Assembly: GCA_040326115.1 (NCBI GenBank)
Contig: JBEQLD010000001.1
Span: 64-64,063, forward strand
DNA: 64,000 nucleotides
DNA from: Mariprofundaceae bacterium
Lineage (GTDB): Bacteria; Pseudomonadota; Zetaproteobacteria; Mariprofundales; Mariprofundaceae
Reading direction: 5' to 3'
A program made the translations under genes and the position numbers. Below are positions 17,629 through 26,398 of this stretch, in pieces. Position 1 is the stretch's first letter, and each line of letters begins with the position of its first letter. The notes beneath the pieces were generated by a model. The model made no database searches. It was not told the origin of the DNA and saw only the letters and a list, made by a program, of their open reading frames with translations.

Positions 17629-18185
17629 GGCAGGGCGACTTCTTCCAGAGCCACTGTTTTACCAAAGCGGGTAGCCTCAGACCACCACGAGTCGCTTAGC
17701 TCACCTTCATGGATATGAAGCTTGATACGGAAGCTGTAGAGCGTTCCTGATGTGAGCAGGCTGCGATCCAGTGTTGGGAAATTCTGTAACCGGGAGAGGA
17801 ACTGAATCACTTCCTCAACACTATAAACCCGCTGCGAAATACCACTGCTGGTATCGGTTAATAGCCAGCTTTTTGATATGAGATCGGGAACTGCCTGACG
17901 AACAACTGTAATCGAGCCTATCGCATCATCTATCCAGTAATCGTTCACTTCATCGATAATGATTTCCCAACTGAAGATAACAGGTGTTCCTTCGTTGAGG
18001 GCTTGCTTTACTTTGTCTGTAATGGGAACCGGGCCTGTCGTGCAGTAGATCACCTCATGATCGGCAGTGATTTCCAGGGGGGAGAGTTGGGGGGCTGAAA
18101 AGGCAATATTCACCTGAAAAAACATGCTGATTACAGCAGCAACAGCTACTGAAATCTTAGGAAGCAGGCGAAAAATCACAGACAT
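17625..18185 (-). CDS. Exported protein, DUF4390-like (commonly precedes ntrY-type kinases)
   Basis: 186 aa with a signal-peptide-like N-terminus (ISVAVAAVISMFFQVNIAFSAP). The stop overlaps the ntrY start (ATGA). The family assignment is from memory of gene context and size, not a search. Confidence 0.5.
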   Translation of the reverse strand: MSVIFRLLPKISVAVAAVISMFFQVNIAFSAPQLSPLEITADHEVIYCTTGPVPITDKVKQALNEGTPVIFSWEIIIDEVNDYWIDDAIGSITVVRQAVPDLISKSWLLTDTSSGISQRVYSVEEVIQFLSRLQNFPTLDRSLLTSGTLYSFRIKLHIHEGELSDSWWSEATRFGKTVALEEVALP

Positions 18186-18322
18186 CAGCCGAGTTTAGCT
18201 CGGATATGTAATGATTCCAGTTGTAATCACATCCAGGGGCTTTATGCATTCAGTGTTACTTAAATCTGAACAGAACCAAAATAGAGTCTGAAATAGCTGG
18301 CTAAGGCCGCTATAGTGCGTCC

Positions 18323-20236
18323 ATGCCAATTGTCACACTACATGAACTCTCCAAGGCTTATGGGCCACAGGTGTTGCTGGAAAACGTTTCACTGCGTATT
18401 TCCCGTCAGGCCCGTATTGGTCTGATTGGCCGGAATGGCGAGGGAAAATCCACGCTGCTAAAGATTATTGCAGGCATGATCCTGCCAGACGACGGGCAGG
18501 TAAATATCCGTAATGGCATAAAGATAGCCTACCTGCCGCAGGCACCGCATTTTGAGGCCGGGCACACTGTCTTCTCGGTGGTTGCAGAGGGGCTGGGCGA
18601 GGTGGCCGATTCACTCAATGCCTATGATGAGGCACTCATAGCTCTGGAAAATGATACGTCAGAGAGTGCCATGAAACGTTTGGCAGAGATGCAGAGTGAG
18701 CTGGAACGAACAGGGGGCTGGCAATATAAGTCTCGAATCGAATCAGCCATCTCCCGATTGAAACTCGATGCACATCGTGATGTGGGCGAGCTCTCCGGTG
18801 GCTGGCTCAGACGTGTTGCTCTGGCACGTGCCGTAGTAGCCGAGCCGGAACTACTGCTGCTGGATGAGCCGACCAATCATCTGGATATCGCATCGATTGA
18901 GTGGCTGGAGGAGTTTGTCGCAGACTTTGCCGGAGCTGTGATGTTTATTACCCATGATCGCTATTTTCTTGATGCTGTGGCTGAACAGGTGGTGGAGCTG
19001 GATCGGGGAGCTCTAACCTATTTCGATTGCAGTTACGCCGAGTATCTCGAGAAAAAAGCTGAGCTTCTCATGCAGGAAGGGCGTCAGCATAGAAAGTTCG
19101 ACCAGCTTCTGGCTGGTGAAGAGCGCTGGATCAGGCAGGGGATTCCGGCTCGTAGAACCCGCAATGAGGGGCGTGTTCGGAATCTTGAAGAGCTTCGAAA
19201 GCAGAGAGAGGGGAGACGGCTTCGTGGTGGAGATGTTGAGCTGCGAGTCTCCAGCGGCATCAAACCCGGGAAAATGCTGATTGAGGCAGTAGAATTATCT
19301 CACAGCTTTGATGACACGGTGATTGCCAAAGATTTAAGCCTGAAAATCATGGCGGGTGATCGGATCGGACTGATCGGCCCCAACGGGATCGGTAAAACAA
19401 CGTTGCTGAAGATGCTGCTTGGCGAGCTGAAACCTCAGGCAGGACGGGTACGCCATGGCGTACGTCTTGCCCCGGCCTTTCTTACTCAGATGCGGGAGCT
19501 TGATCCAAAAATGAAGCTCAAAGATGTACTGCTTCCCCAAGGCGGAAATTATGTGCATATCGCAGGTGTAGAGCCTCGTCATATTGTAAGTTATCTACAG
19601 GACTTTCTGTTTGATAGTGAGCGTTTGAATACACGTGTTTCGGCCCTTTCAGGTGGTGAGCGGGGCAGGGTCATGCTGGCCAAGTTACTGCTGGAGCCTG
19701 CCAATCTTCTGGTGCTTGATGAGCCGACCAATGATCTGGATATCGGAACATTGACCGTACTGGAACAGGCGCTGGCTAAGTATGATGGAACCGTGATTCT
19801 GGTCAGTCATGATCGTGCCTTTATGGATCGGGTGGTTTCCCGTGTACTCTCCTTTGAAGGGGATGGTCAGGTGATACCGGTAGAGGGCGGCTATACCGAT
19901 TATGCAGTCTGGAAGAAGAGACAGGTATTAAAGCAGAAGAGTGAAGTTTCCAAGCCAGTAAAAAAAGAGGTGTCCAAGGCAAGGTCGGAACGAAAGGCGA
20001 CCAAGCTCTCCTACAAAGAACAACAGGAACTGGATGGTCTGCCTGCACAGATTGAATCATTGGAATCTGAGAAAGGTGAAATTGAGTCCCGTTTTTGTGA
20101 TCCGGACTATTTTAATAGGGATGGGGAAGCCTTTGTGAAGGATCAGCAGCGTCTGGATATATTGGAGTCTGAACTTACTGTTTGCTATGAGCGCTGGGAT
20201 GCGTTGGAAACAAAACAGTCGGAGTTGTCATCATGA
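18323..20236 (+). CDS. uup: ABC-F family ATPase Uup
   Basis: 637 aa. Two ABC cassettes (GRNGEGKST and GPNGIGKTT, LSGG signatures, LLLDEPTNHLD and LVLDEPTNDLD), no TM domain, and a basic/coiled-coil C-terminus as in Uup. Confidence 0.85.
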   Translation: MPIVTLHELSKAYGPQVLLENVSLRISRQARIGLIGRNGEGKSTLLKIIAGMILPDDGQVNIRNGIKIAYLPQAPHFEAGHTVFSVVAEGLGEVADSLNAYDEALIALENDTSESAMKRLAEMQSELERTGGWQYKSRIESAISRLKLDAHRDVGELSGGWLRRVALARAVVAEPELLLLDEPTNHLDIASIEWLEEFVADFAGAVMFITHDRYFLDAVAEQVVELDRGALTYFDCSYAEYLEKKAELLMQEGRQHRKFDQLLAGEERWIRQGIPARRTRNEGRVRNLEELRKQREGRRLRGGDVELRVSSGIKPGKMLIEAVELSHSFDDTVIAKDLSLKIMAGDRIGLIGPNGIGKTTLLKMLLGELKPQAGRVRHGVRLAPAFLTQMRELDPKMKLKDVLLPQGGNYVHIAGVEPRHIVSYLQDFLFDSERLNTRVSALSGGERGRVMLAKLLLEPANLLVLDEPTNDLDIGTLTVLEQALAKYDGTVILVSHDRAFMDRVVSRVLSFEGDGQVIPVEGGYTDYAVWKKRQVLKQKSEVSKPVKKEVSKARSERKATKLSYKEQQELDGLPAQIESLESEKGEIESRFCDPDYFNRDGEAFVKDQQRLDILESELTVCYERWDALETKQSELSS

Positions 20237-20673
20237 GCAATCCATTTTGGGAATCGAAATCACTATCAGAAATGACAGATGAAGAGTGGGAATCACTCTG
20301 CGATGGCTGTGGTCGTTGCTGTCTCTACAAGTTTCAGGATGAAGATAGTGATGAGATGTTTTTCACCAACGTAGCCTGTGCTCTGTTTGATGCGGAAACA
20401 TGTCGCTGCTCTGATTATCAGAAACGTTTTAAATCAGTGCCGGAGTGTGCGGATATTCGCAAGTTCACCAAGCGTGAGTACCAGTGGCTTCCCGAGCGCT
20501 GTGCTTATCGTCTATTGTTTGAAGGTAAAAAACTCAAGCCGTGGCACCCACTTGTTTCAGGTGATGCTGAAAGCGTTCATAAGGCCGGTGTTTCAATGCA
20601 GAACAACGTGGTCAATGAAGGCGATGCAGATATGGATAACCTAGAAGATTATATTGTTGAAGAGCTGATCTGA
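20233..20673 (+). CDS. ycgN: YcgN-family cysteine-cluster protein (UPF0260)
   Basis: 146 aa. WESLCDGCGRCCLYK...CALFDAETCRCSDYQKR matches the YcgN signature. ATGA overlap with the uup stop. Confidence 0.8.
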   Translation: MSNPFWESKSLSEMTDEEWESLCDGCGRCCLYKFQDEDSDEMFFTNVACALFDAETCRCSDYQKRFKSVPECADIRKFTKREYQWLPERCAYRLLFEGKKLKPWHPLVSGDAESVHKAGVSMQNNVVNEGDADMDNLEDYIVEELI

Positions 20674-20681
20674 TTCTCATC

Positions 20682-20713
20682 GAATGTCCGCTTTTGGTCA
20701 AAAGCGGACATTG
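20682..20713. repeat. Palindromic intergenic repeat, copy 2 of 6
   Basis: GAATGTCCGCTTTTGGTCAAAAGCGGACATTG, 8 nt after the ycgN stop and between the convergent ycgN and folE. Confidence 0.9.
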
Positions 20714-20717
20714 GCTA

Positions 20718-21320
20718 TCAGGTCGATGAGTTATTCATTCCAATGAGCTGGAAGAGTTCCAGACGTGATGATGGGTTGTTGAGAAATGCACCCGTCAGCT
20801 TTGATGTGGTTGTCCATGAGTTGGGTTTGTGCACGCCGCGGTGGCACATGCAGAAGTGCTGGCATTGAATAATGACGGCCACGCCATCGGGTTTTAGCTC
20901 ATCATTAATGGCGTTGGCGATCTGCATGGTCAGCTTCTCCTGAACCTGCAGACGGTTGGCGTAACCTTCAGCTACACGAGCCAGTTTCGATAGCCCGACA
21001 ATCCGGCCGTTGGGGATATATGCGATGTGTGCCTTGCCGACAAACGGAACCATGTGGTGTTCGCAGTGGCTATGGATATCGATATCGGAGACAAGCACTA
21101 CTTCATCATAACCTTCCGCTTCTTCAAAGGTCTTGGAAAGATGTTCACGCGGGTCTTCATTGTACCCGGAGAAATGCTCTTTCATGGCGGCCAGTACCCG
21201 GGCCGGTGTCTCCTGGAGTCCTTCACGGCTCGGGTCTTCGCCAATATGACGAAGCAGTCCGCGAATGTGCTCCATGGTTTCAATATTTTTCGGATCGGTA
21301 GTATCAATATCGTCTATCAC
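20718..21320 (-). CDS. folE: GTP cyclohydrolase I (FolE, type 1)
   Basis: Motifs SHCEHHMVPFVGKAHIAYIP, GLSKLAR and QVQEKLT. The track start at 21320 is GTG; an in-frame ATG (METMEHIRG) 13 codons downstream is an alternative. Confidence 0.9.
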   Translation of the reverse strand: MIDDIDTTDPKNIETMEHIRGLLRHIGEDPSREGLQETPARVLAAMKEHFSGYNEDPREHLSKTFEEAEGYDEVVLVSDIDIHSHCEHHMVPFVGKAHIAYIPNGRIVGLSKLARVAEGYANRLQVQEKLTMQIANAINDELKPDGVAVIIQCQHFCMCHRGVHKPNSWTTTSKLTGAFLNNPSSRLELFQLIGMNNSST

Positions 21321-21427
21321 GAGAGACCCCTTGTTTTCGAACTTGCCGCCACATTACCCCATCTGGCAATGTTGCAAAACCCAAAGATGATTGAGGGTTA
21401 TTTGAAGTTAGTGCTCAGGAGAGTGAT

Positions 21428-22012
21428 TTGATTACAGTTGATCTGCTTCGTCATGGCGAACTTGAAGGTGGAATAAAATATCGCGGACAGCTCGATGATC
21501 CCTTAACCGAAAAGGGTAGAGAGTTGATGGATGGGGTGTGGAATCGTGTTTGCGAGGATGTTGACCTGATTATATCTTCACCCTTGAGCCGTTGCTCCCA
21601 ACCGACAGAGTTTTGGGCTGAAGAGAAGAGAATTCCCCATGAAATTGATCCACGTGTGGCAGAAATGCACTATGGTGAATGGGAGGGATTAACTTCTGAA
21701 GAGATCATGATCAGGAATCCCGGCATGCTGGAAAAATGGAGAGTTAATCCTGAAGGGATGCGAGCGCCAGGCGGCGAGAGCACCGAAGAGTTGAACAGGC
21801 GAATTGCTGATTTTTGGAGCGAAGTCTGTGAAAAACATGATAAAAAACATCTTATGGTCGTGGCGCATTCGGGGAGTATTCGAATGTTAGTGGCACATAT
21901 CCTTTCGGCTCCGGTTGCAACCACACGAATGCTGCAGATGCCTTATGGTTGTTGGAGCAGGGTAGTCTGTAGTCATGGCAGAAGTGAGCTGGTTTTCCAT
22001 AACCGTAAATAG
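21428..22012 (+). CDS. Histidine phosphatase family protein (phosphoglycerate mutase / alpha-ribazole phosphatase-like)
   Basis: 194 aa. N-terminal LLRHGE catalytic motif and later VAHSGSIR. TTG start with GGAGAG upstream. Confidence 0.7.
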   Translation: MITVDLLRHGELEGGIKYRGQLDDPLTEKGRELMDGVWNRVCEDVDLIISSPLSRCSQPTEFWAEEKRIPHEIDPRVAEMHYGEWEGLTSEEIMIRNPGMLEKWRVNPEGMRAPGGESTEELNRRIADFWSEVCEKHDKKHLMVVAHSGSIRMLVAHILSAPVATTRMLQMPYGCWSRVVCSHGRSELVFHNRK

Positions 22013-22131
22013 GTGCTGTTCACATCCGGTCTGCTGCCTCATGCACAATTTTTCCTGCTATAGTTGTAATGAAGTCGTTTTTCTGTCGTCAGATAACAGT
22101 GATTAGCAGAAAAGAATTTAGGAGGACTATC

Positions 22132-22635
22132 ATGAATATATTAAACAGAGTGCACTATGCAGTCGCGTTTATTTTTGCTGCTCTGTTGGTTATGCCTGCA
22201 GGTCAGGCGTTGGCAACAGAGGTGTCAAAAGGGGCACAGATCGGTTTATTGACGTGCCATACAGTTGAAGGGACCGGGTTTTCGTTGCTGATTCACTCTA
22301 CTTCAAATGTTAATTGCCGGTTTGAAGCAACAGGCGGTGTTGTGGAGAAGTATAAAGGCGAGACAGGAGTTGCGCTTGGTGTCGACCTTCGTTGGGATAA
22401 GAAGACCAAGATTGTTTATACCGTAGTTGCTGCAAACTATAAGGCGGGTAGCTATCAGCTGACCGGTAAATATTATGGCGGTGGCGGCTCAGCAACAGCA
22501 GGCATTGGCGTTGGCGTTCAGACACTGATTGGCGGTGGCGACAAGAGTGTTTCCCTGCAGCCTGCAATCTCCGGCAGTAAAGGTGCGGGTGTTTCCGGTG
22601 GTGCGACCTACCTCTATCTGGAAGCAGACAGGTAA
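22132..22635 (+). CDS. Exported Gly-rich protein, DUF992-like
   Basis: ATG at 22132 is preceded by AGGAGG (track start 22069 rejected). It has a signal peptide (AVAFIFAALLVMPAGQALA). The core GLLTCHTVEGTGFSLLIHSTSNVNCRFE...KYKGETGVALGVDL resembles DUF992 as I recall it. Confidence 0.55.
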   Translation: MNILNRVHYAVAFIFAALLVMPAGQALATEVSKGAQIGLLTCHTVEGTGFSLLIHSTSNVNCRFEATGGVVEKYKGETGVALGVDLRWDKKTKIVYTVVAANYKAGSYQLTGKYYGGGGSATAGIGVGVQTLIGGGDKSVSLQPAISGSKGAGVSGGATYLYLEADR

Positions 22636-22658
22636 GTTACCTAACGATTGCAAAGTAG

Positions 22659-22690
22659 GGGTGGCCAGATGGTCACCCTTTTTGCTTTTA
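22659..22690 (+). terminator. Rho-independent terminator after the DUF992-like gene
   Basis: GGGTGGCC-AGAT-GGTCACCC, an 8-bp stem including one G-U, followed by TTTTTGCTTTT. The T-tract overlaps the stop of the convergent flavodoxin-like gene. Confidence 0.6.
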
Positions 22691-23242
22691 GAGGGCGTTG
22701 TTTAGAAGCCGAAGAGCGGTTTCTGCAACATGTCCACCATAGCTGCGTGCTGCCATGAGCTGGTTGTCTGAAATGCTCTGTGGCATCCCTTCATGATTGC
22801 CACAACGTGCATAAGGACCCCACTGAAGTCCCGCATCAGCATAGCCGGGCAGGCTTTTGGGGAATCCAACGACAGTCATCCCTTGCTCCAGGAAATGGGA
22901 GTGAAGTGATATCAAGGTGTTTTCTACACCGCCCCCACCTCCGCCAAAGCCGCCTCCGGTTGCAAATACTCCACCGGTTTTCCCTTCCAGCAGGTTTTCC
23001 ATCCAGAGCTTTCCAGCCTTGTCGATGAGTTGTTTCAGTTGCCAGGCCATAGAGCCCATATGAACCGGTGTGCCAAAAATAATGAGATCGGCGTTTGTCA
23101 GGTCATCAAGCTCCGTATCAACAGCCTGTTTGAGGATGGTTTCACAATCTGTGGCTGCTTTTGCGCCAGCAGCGATGGCCGCAGCCATTTTTTCCGTATT
23201 GCCATAGTCAGAGTGATAACTGATCAGGATATTGAGTGACAT
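22688..23242 (-). CDS. Flavodoxin-like fold protein (WrbA / NAD(P)H:quinone oxidoreductase-like)
   Basis: 184 aa. FMN-loop-like N-terminus ILISYHSDYGNTEKMA, then IIFGTPVHMGSMA and a Gly-rich loop GGGFGGGGGG. A GGGAGG Shine-Dalgarno lies upstream. Confidence 0.7.
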   Translation of the reverse strand: MSLNILISYHSDYGNTEKMAAAIAAGAKAATDCETILKQAVDTELDDLTNADLIIFGTPVHMGSMAWQLKQLIDKAGKLWMENLLEGKTGGVFATGGGFGGGGGGVENTLISLHSHFLEQGMTVVGFPKSLPGYADAGLQWGPYARCGNHEGMPQSISDNQLMAARSYGGHVAETALRLLNNAL

Positions 23243-23420
23243 TTTTTTCCTCCCTAAGGGTTTATATTAGGGATGTCTTAGAAACACCCGTACGGCCCAT
23301 GGAGGGGCCGTCAAAATCAGGAACGATAGTGATTGATTTTGTGAGTAAAGGCAAAACCGCGTTTTGGCTTTATGTTAAAGAATCAATGCATGGATGCATT
23401 GATTCGGATGATTCAAACTC

Positions 23421-23996
23421 CTAAGCGTGACCAATCTGATCGGTCAGGTTGGCTCTGTTGATACCCATGCTCTGCGCAGCCAGCGCCCAACGAAGTTCGG
23501 GCTCCGCCTGAAAGAGCAGGTGGTGGTTGGTGGCTGCGACCAGCCAGTCATTGTTGGCGAGTTCCTGTTCCATCTGACCTGCTTCCCAGCCGGCATAACC
23601 AAGAATCAGCATGAAATGTTCAGGCCCGCTTCCTGCCGCGATCTCTTCAAGTACATCACGGGAAGTTGTCAGGTGAAGTTCCGGTGTGATCTGCATGGTT
23701 GAATCATAAATATGCCAGCCATCATGCAGTACAAAGCCACGAAAGGGATCAACCGGACCGCCCTCAAAACTCAGTGCCCGATTTTCCGGTAGATGAGATA
23801 TATAACTCCGATCCGGTGTAAGTTTAAGGTCTTCCAATACATCTATGATAGAGACCTCCTGAGGCCGGTTAACGATCAGGCCCATGCATCCCTCTTCATC
23901 GTGGTGGCAGATAAGAACAACCGTGTCTCGAAAGTGCCGATCCTGTAGCGATGGTGTCGCCAGCAGGATTTGTCCGGTCAGATTACTGATCTGCAT
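23421..23996 (-). CDS. YqgE/AlgH family protein (UPF0301)
   Basis: The conserved start region is LTGQILLATPSLQDRHFRDTVVLICHHDEEGCMGLIVNRP. I use the ATG at 23996 (MQISNLTG), because the track start at 24149 lies deep inside pdxA. It overlaps the pdxA 3' end by 14 nt. Confidence 0.8.
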   Translation of the reverse strand: MQISNLTGQILLATPSLQDRHFRDTVVLICHHDEEGCMGLIVNRPQEVSIIDVLEDLKLTPDRSYISHLPENRALSFEGGPVDPFRGFVLHDGWHIYDSTMQITPELHLTTSRDVLEEIAAGSGPEHFMLILGYAGWEAGQMEQELANNDWLVAATNHHLLFQAEPELRWALAAQSMGINRANLTDQIGHA

Positions 23997-25014
23997 CGCT
24001 ACTCCCGTGCAGAGAGTGATAAGACATTTCCCGAGCCATTTTGATTGCTGCCATAATGCTACTGTAGGACACTTTTCCGGTTCCTGCACGATCCAGTGCA
24101 GTCCCATGATCCACACTTGTCCGGATAAATGGCAGACCAAGAGTGACATTCACAGCATCGCCAAAGCTCAGTGTTTTGATAGGAATCAGTGCCTGATCAT
24201 GGTAACAGCAGATGATGGCATCATATTGATCACGAATCTGAGGTGAAAAGAGTGTATCGGCCGGGAAGGGCCCCTGAATATCAATGCCGAGATGTTTTAC
24301 CTGTTCAATCGCCGGAGTGAGGATTGTAACTTCTTCATCACCAAAGTGTTGCTGTTCTCCCGCATGAGGGTTGAGTCCGCAGAGGGCCAGTTTTGGTGAT
24401 TTGAGTCCAAATCGTTGTTTCAGGTCATGGTGGGTGATCGCCAGTATCGAAGCAGTATCTTCAATATTGAGTTGGTCAGGGACATCTCTAAGTGCCAGGT
24501 GAGTGGTCAACAGGGCAACACGAAGTTGATCTGATGCCAGCATCATCACGACGAGTTCTTTGCCGGCGAGGCTGGCAAGAAACTCGGTATGGCCGGGAAA
24601 ATCAAATCCCGAGTCGCGCAGAATGGCTTTTTCAATGGGGGCGGTAATCAGCGCTGCAGCTTTTCCCTGAATAGATGCCTGGGCTGCAGCCTCAATACAG
24701 GCAATAACGGCAGCAGCAGTGTCTGATGAGGGTATGCCCGTTGTTACAGAAGAAGAGGTCATCTCCGGTGGCAGCGGATTCCAGCAGCCAAGATGCTCTT
24801 GTGGCACCGGCTCTTTCAGTGAGCTGCACTCATGGATATTAATCTGCATGCCAAGTTGTACCGCCCGCTCACTTAGCCAGTGAACAGGGGCAGTAATAAG
24901 GACATTCTGAAACAGTTCAGGATGAGCTTTGAATGCAAGTAGAACGCAGTCGGGGCCTATGCCTGCCGGTTCACCGAGCGTGAGCAGCAGAGGTATTGAT
25001 GAGGTTGAGTTCAC
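23983..25014 (-). CDS. pdxA: 4-hydroxythreonine-4-phosphate dehydrogenase PdxA
   Basis: Motifs LTLGEPAGIGPD, GHTEFLA, GLNPHAGE, YHDQALIP and RTSVDHGTA. GTG start. The context lptD-surA-pdxA matches E. coli. Confidence 0.9.
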   Translation of the reverse strand: MNSTSSIPLLLTLGEPAGIGPDCVLLAFKAHPELFQNVLITAPVHWLSERAVQLGMQINIHECSSLKEPVPQEHLGCWNPLPPEMTSSSVTTGIPSSDTAAAVIACIEAAAQASIQGKAAALITAPIEKAILRDSGFDFPGHTEFLASLAGKELVVMMLASDQLRVALLTTHLALRDVPDQLNIEDTASILAITHHDLKQRFGLKSPKLALCGLNPHAGEQQHFGDEEVTILTPAIEQVKHLGIDIQGPFPADTLFSPQIRDQYDAIICCYHDQALIPIKTLSFGDAVNVTLGLPFIRTSVDHGTALDRAGTGKVSYSSIMAAIKMAREMSYHSLHGSSDADQ

Positions 25015-25027
25015 CGGTTAACCGGGC

Positions 25028-26341
25028 CTAATTGCAGCCGTTGTATTCAATGATTGCCTTGGCTTTCAAACTGGCAATCCAGCGTGGAACCTGGCTCTGC
25101 ATTTCCGAATTGAGCAGCAGCTGTTGAATGCGCTCATGATGCGCTTCAAAAGCATTAGGATTGATGTGACGTTTGGCAATGATATGGATGATATGCAGGC
25201 CAAAAGAGGACTTTACGACACCGCTTGTCTTTCCCTGAGCAAGTACAAATGCCACTTTTTCAAACTCCGGAACCATCTGTCCCTGTTTGAACCATCCAAG
25301 ATCACCACCTGATTCGGCACTTGGCCCTTGTGAAATCTCTTTGGCGCGGGTGGCAAACTTCTCATCAGAGCTGTTCTGCATCTCTCTTGCAATGGTGGCT
25401 GCACGATGCTGTATTTTTGCTGTGGTCGCTTCATCTGCGGATTCGGGAAGTGAAAACAGGATGTGACGGGCATGGACTTCATCGTAGCTATCACCAATAG
25501 CAGGTTCATGCATACGTTCACTGCTCACCTGAACAATATGAAATCCTCCGGCAGAACGAACAGGCTTTGTAACGCCTCCAACAGGAAGTGTGAAAACTTC
25601 ATTAAACTGTTGAGCAAGCCCGCCCGGGAAAAACCATCCCATATCTCCACCCTGATTGGCGTTGGGGGCATCTGATTTTAGTGCAACTGTTCGTTTGAAA
25701 TCAGCGCCATTGATAAGCTTGTCATAGATTCCATGTGCCTTTTGTTGTTTGTTGGCAAACTGTTCGGGAGTCGGTGAGGATGGCAAAGCAATGAAAACCT
25801 GAGCCAGTTGAACTTCTCTGACAGGCTTTGGATTGGCCAGGTGTTTGCGATAATACTCGCGCATGGACTCTTCGCTGATCTTCAGATTGCCACGAACAGC
25901 CACATTAATAAGTTTACTGGCCAGCAGTCGTTCCCGAAAAGTCTCCCGATACTCCTCGATGTCGACACCTTGTGCTTTGAGTATTTCAGGAAGCTGGCCT
26001 GCGGGGATGTTGTTTTTTTCTTCGACATTTGCCATGGCATTATCGATCTCTTCATCCGGGATGGAAAGTCCGAGTTTGGTTGCTTCCTGTTGTTGAAGTG
26101 TTTGTTTGATACGTGATTCAAGGGCTCGAACGTTAAGAATTGAATCATTAGGCAGTGTGGCTTGCCCGGACTGGGAAAACTGTTCAATCATGATCTGCTT
26201 ATCCCTGTTTACCTGATAGCAGGTGACAGCCTTGCCATTGACAACAGCAGCAATGGAATCAATTCTTTCTGCGAGAGCAGGGGTGGCAAAAGAGAGCACT
26301 GAAAATGATAGCAAGCTGATCACAGTAATGAATAAACGCAT
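25028..26341 (-). CDS. surA: Periplasmic chaperone / peptidyl-prolyl isomerase SurA
   Basis: 437 aa. Signal peptide, an N-terminal SurA chaperone domain and two parvulin-type PPIase regions (GGDMGWF...GFHIV and GGDLGWF...GLHIIH). Confidence 0.85.
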   Translation of the reverse strand: MRLFITVISLLSFSVLSFATPALAERIDSIAAVVNGKAVTCYQVNRDKQIMIEQFSQSGQATLPNDSILNVRALESRIKQTLQQQEATKLGLSIPDEEIDNAMANVEEKNNIPAGQLPEILKAQGVDIEEYRETFRERLLASKLINVAVRGNLKISEESMREYYRKHLANPKPVREVQLAQVFIALPSSPTPEQFANKQQKAHGIYDKLINGADFKRTVALKSDAPNANQGGDMGWFFPGGLAQQFNEVFTLPVGGVTKPVRSAGGFHIVQVSSERMHEPAIGDSYDEVHARHILFSLPESADEATTAKIQHRAATIAREMQNSSDEKFATRAKEISQGPSAESGGDLGWFKQGQMVPEFEKVAFVLAQGKTSGVVKSSFGLHIIHIIAKRHINPNAFEAHHERIQQLLLNSEMQSQVPRWIASLKAKAIIEYNGCN

Positions 26342-26398
26342 GTTGGCTCCAAATAGTTCTATGGGTTAAGAGTGATGTTTGAGAAATTGTGCTTATGA

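Noticed and set aside
21321-21427. A possible riboswitch (preQ1 or THF) upstream of folE.
   Set aside because: I could not find the conserved cores of either class. The spacer is a short divergent promoter region.
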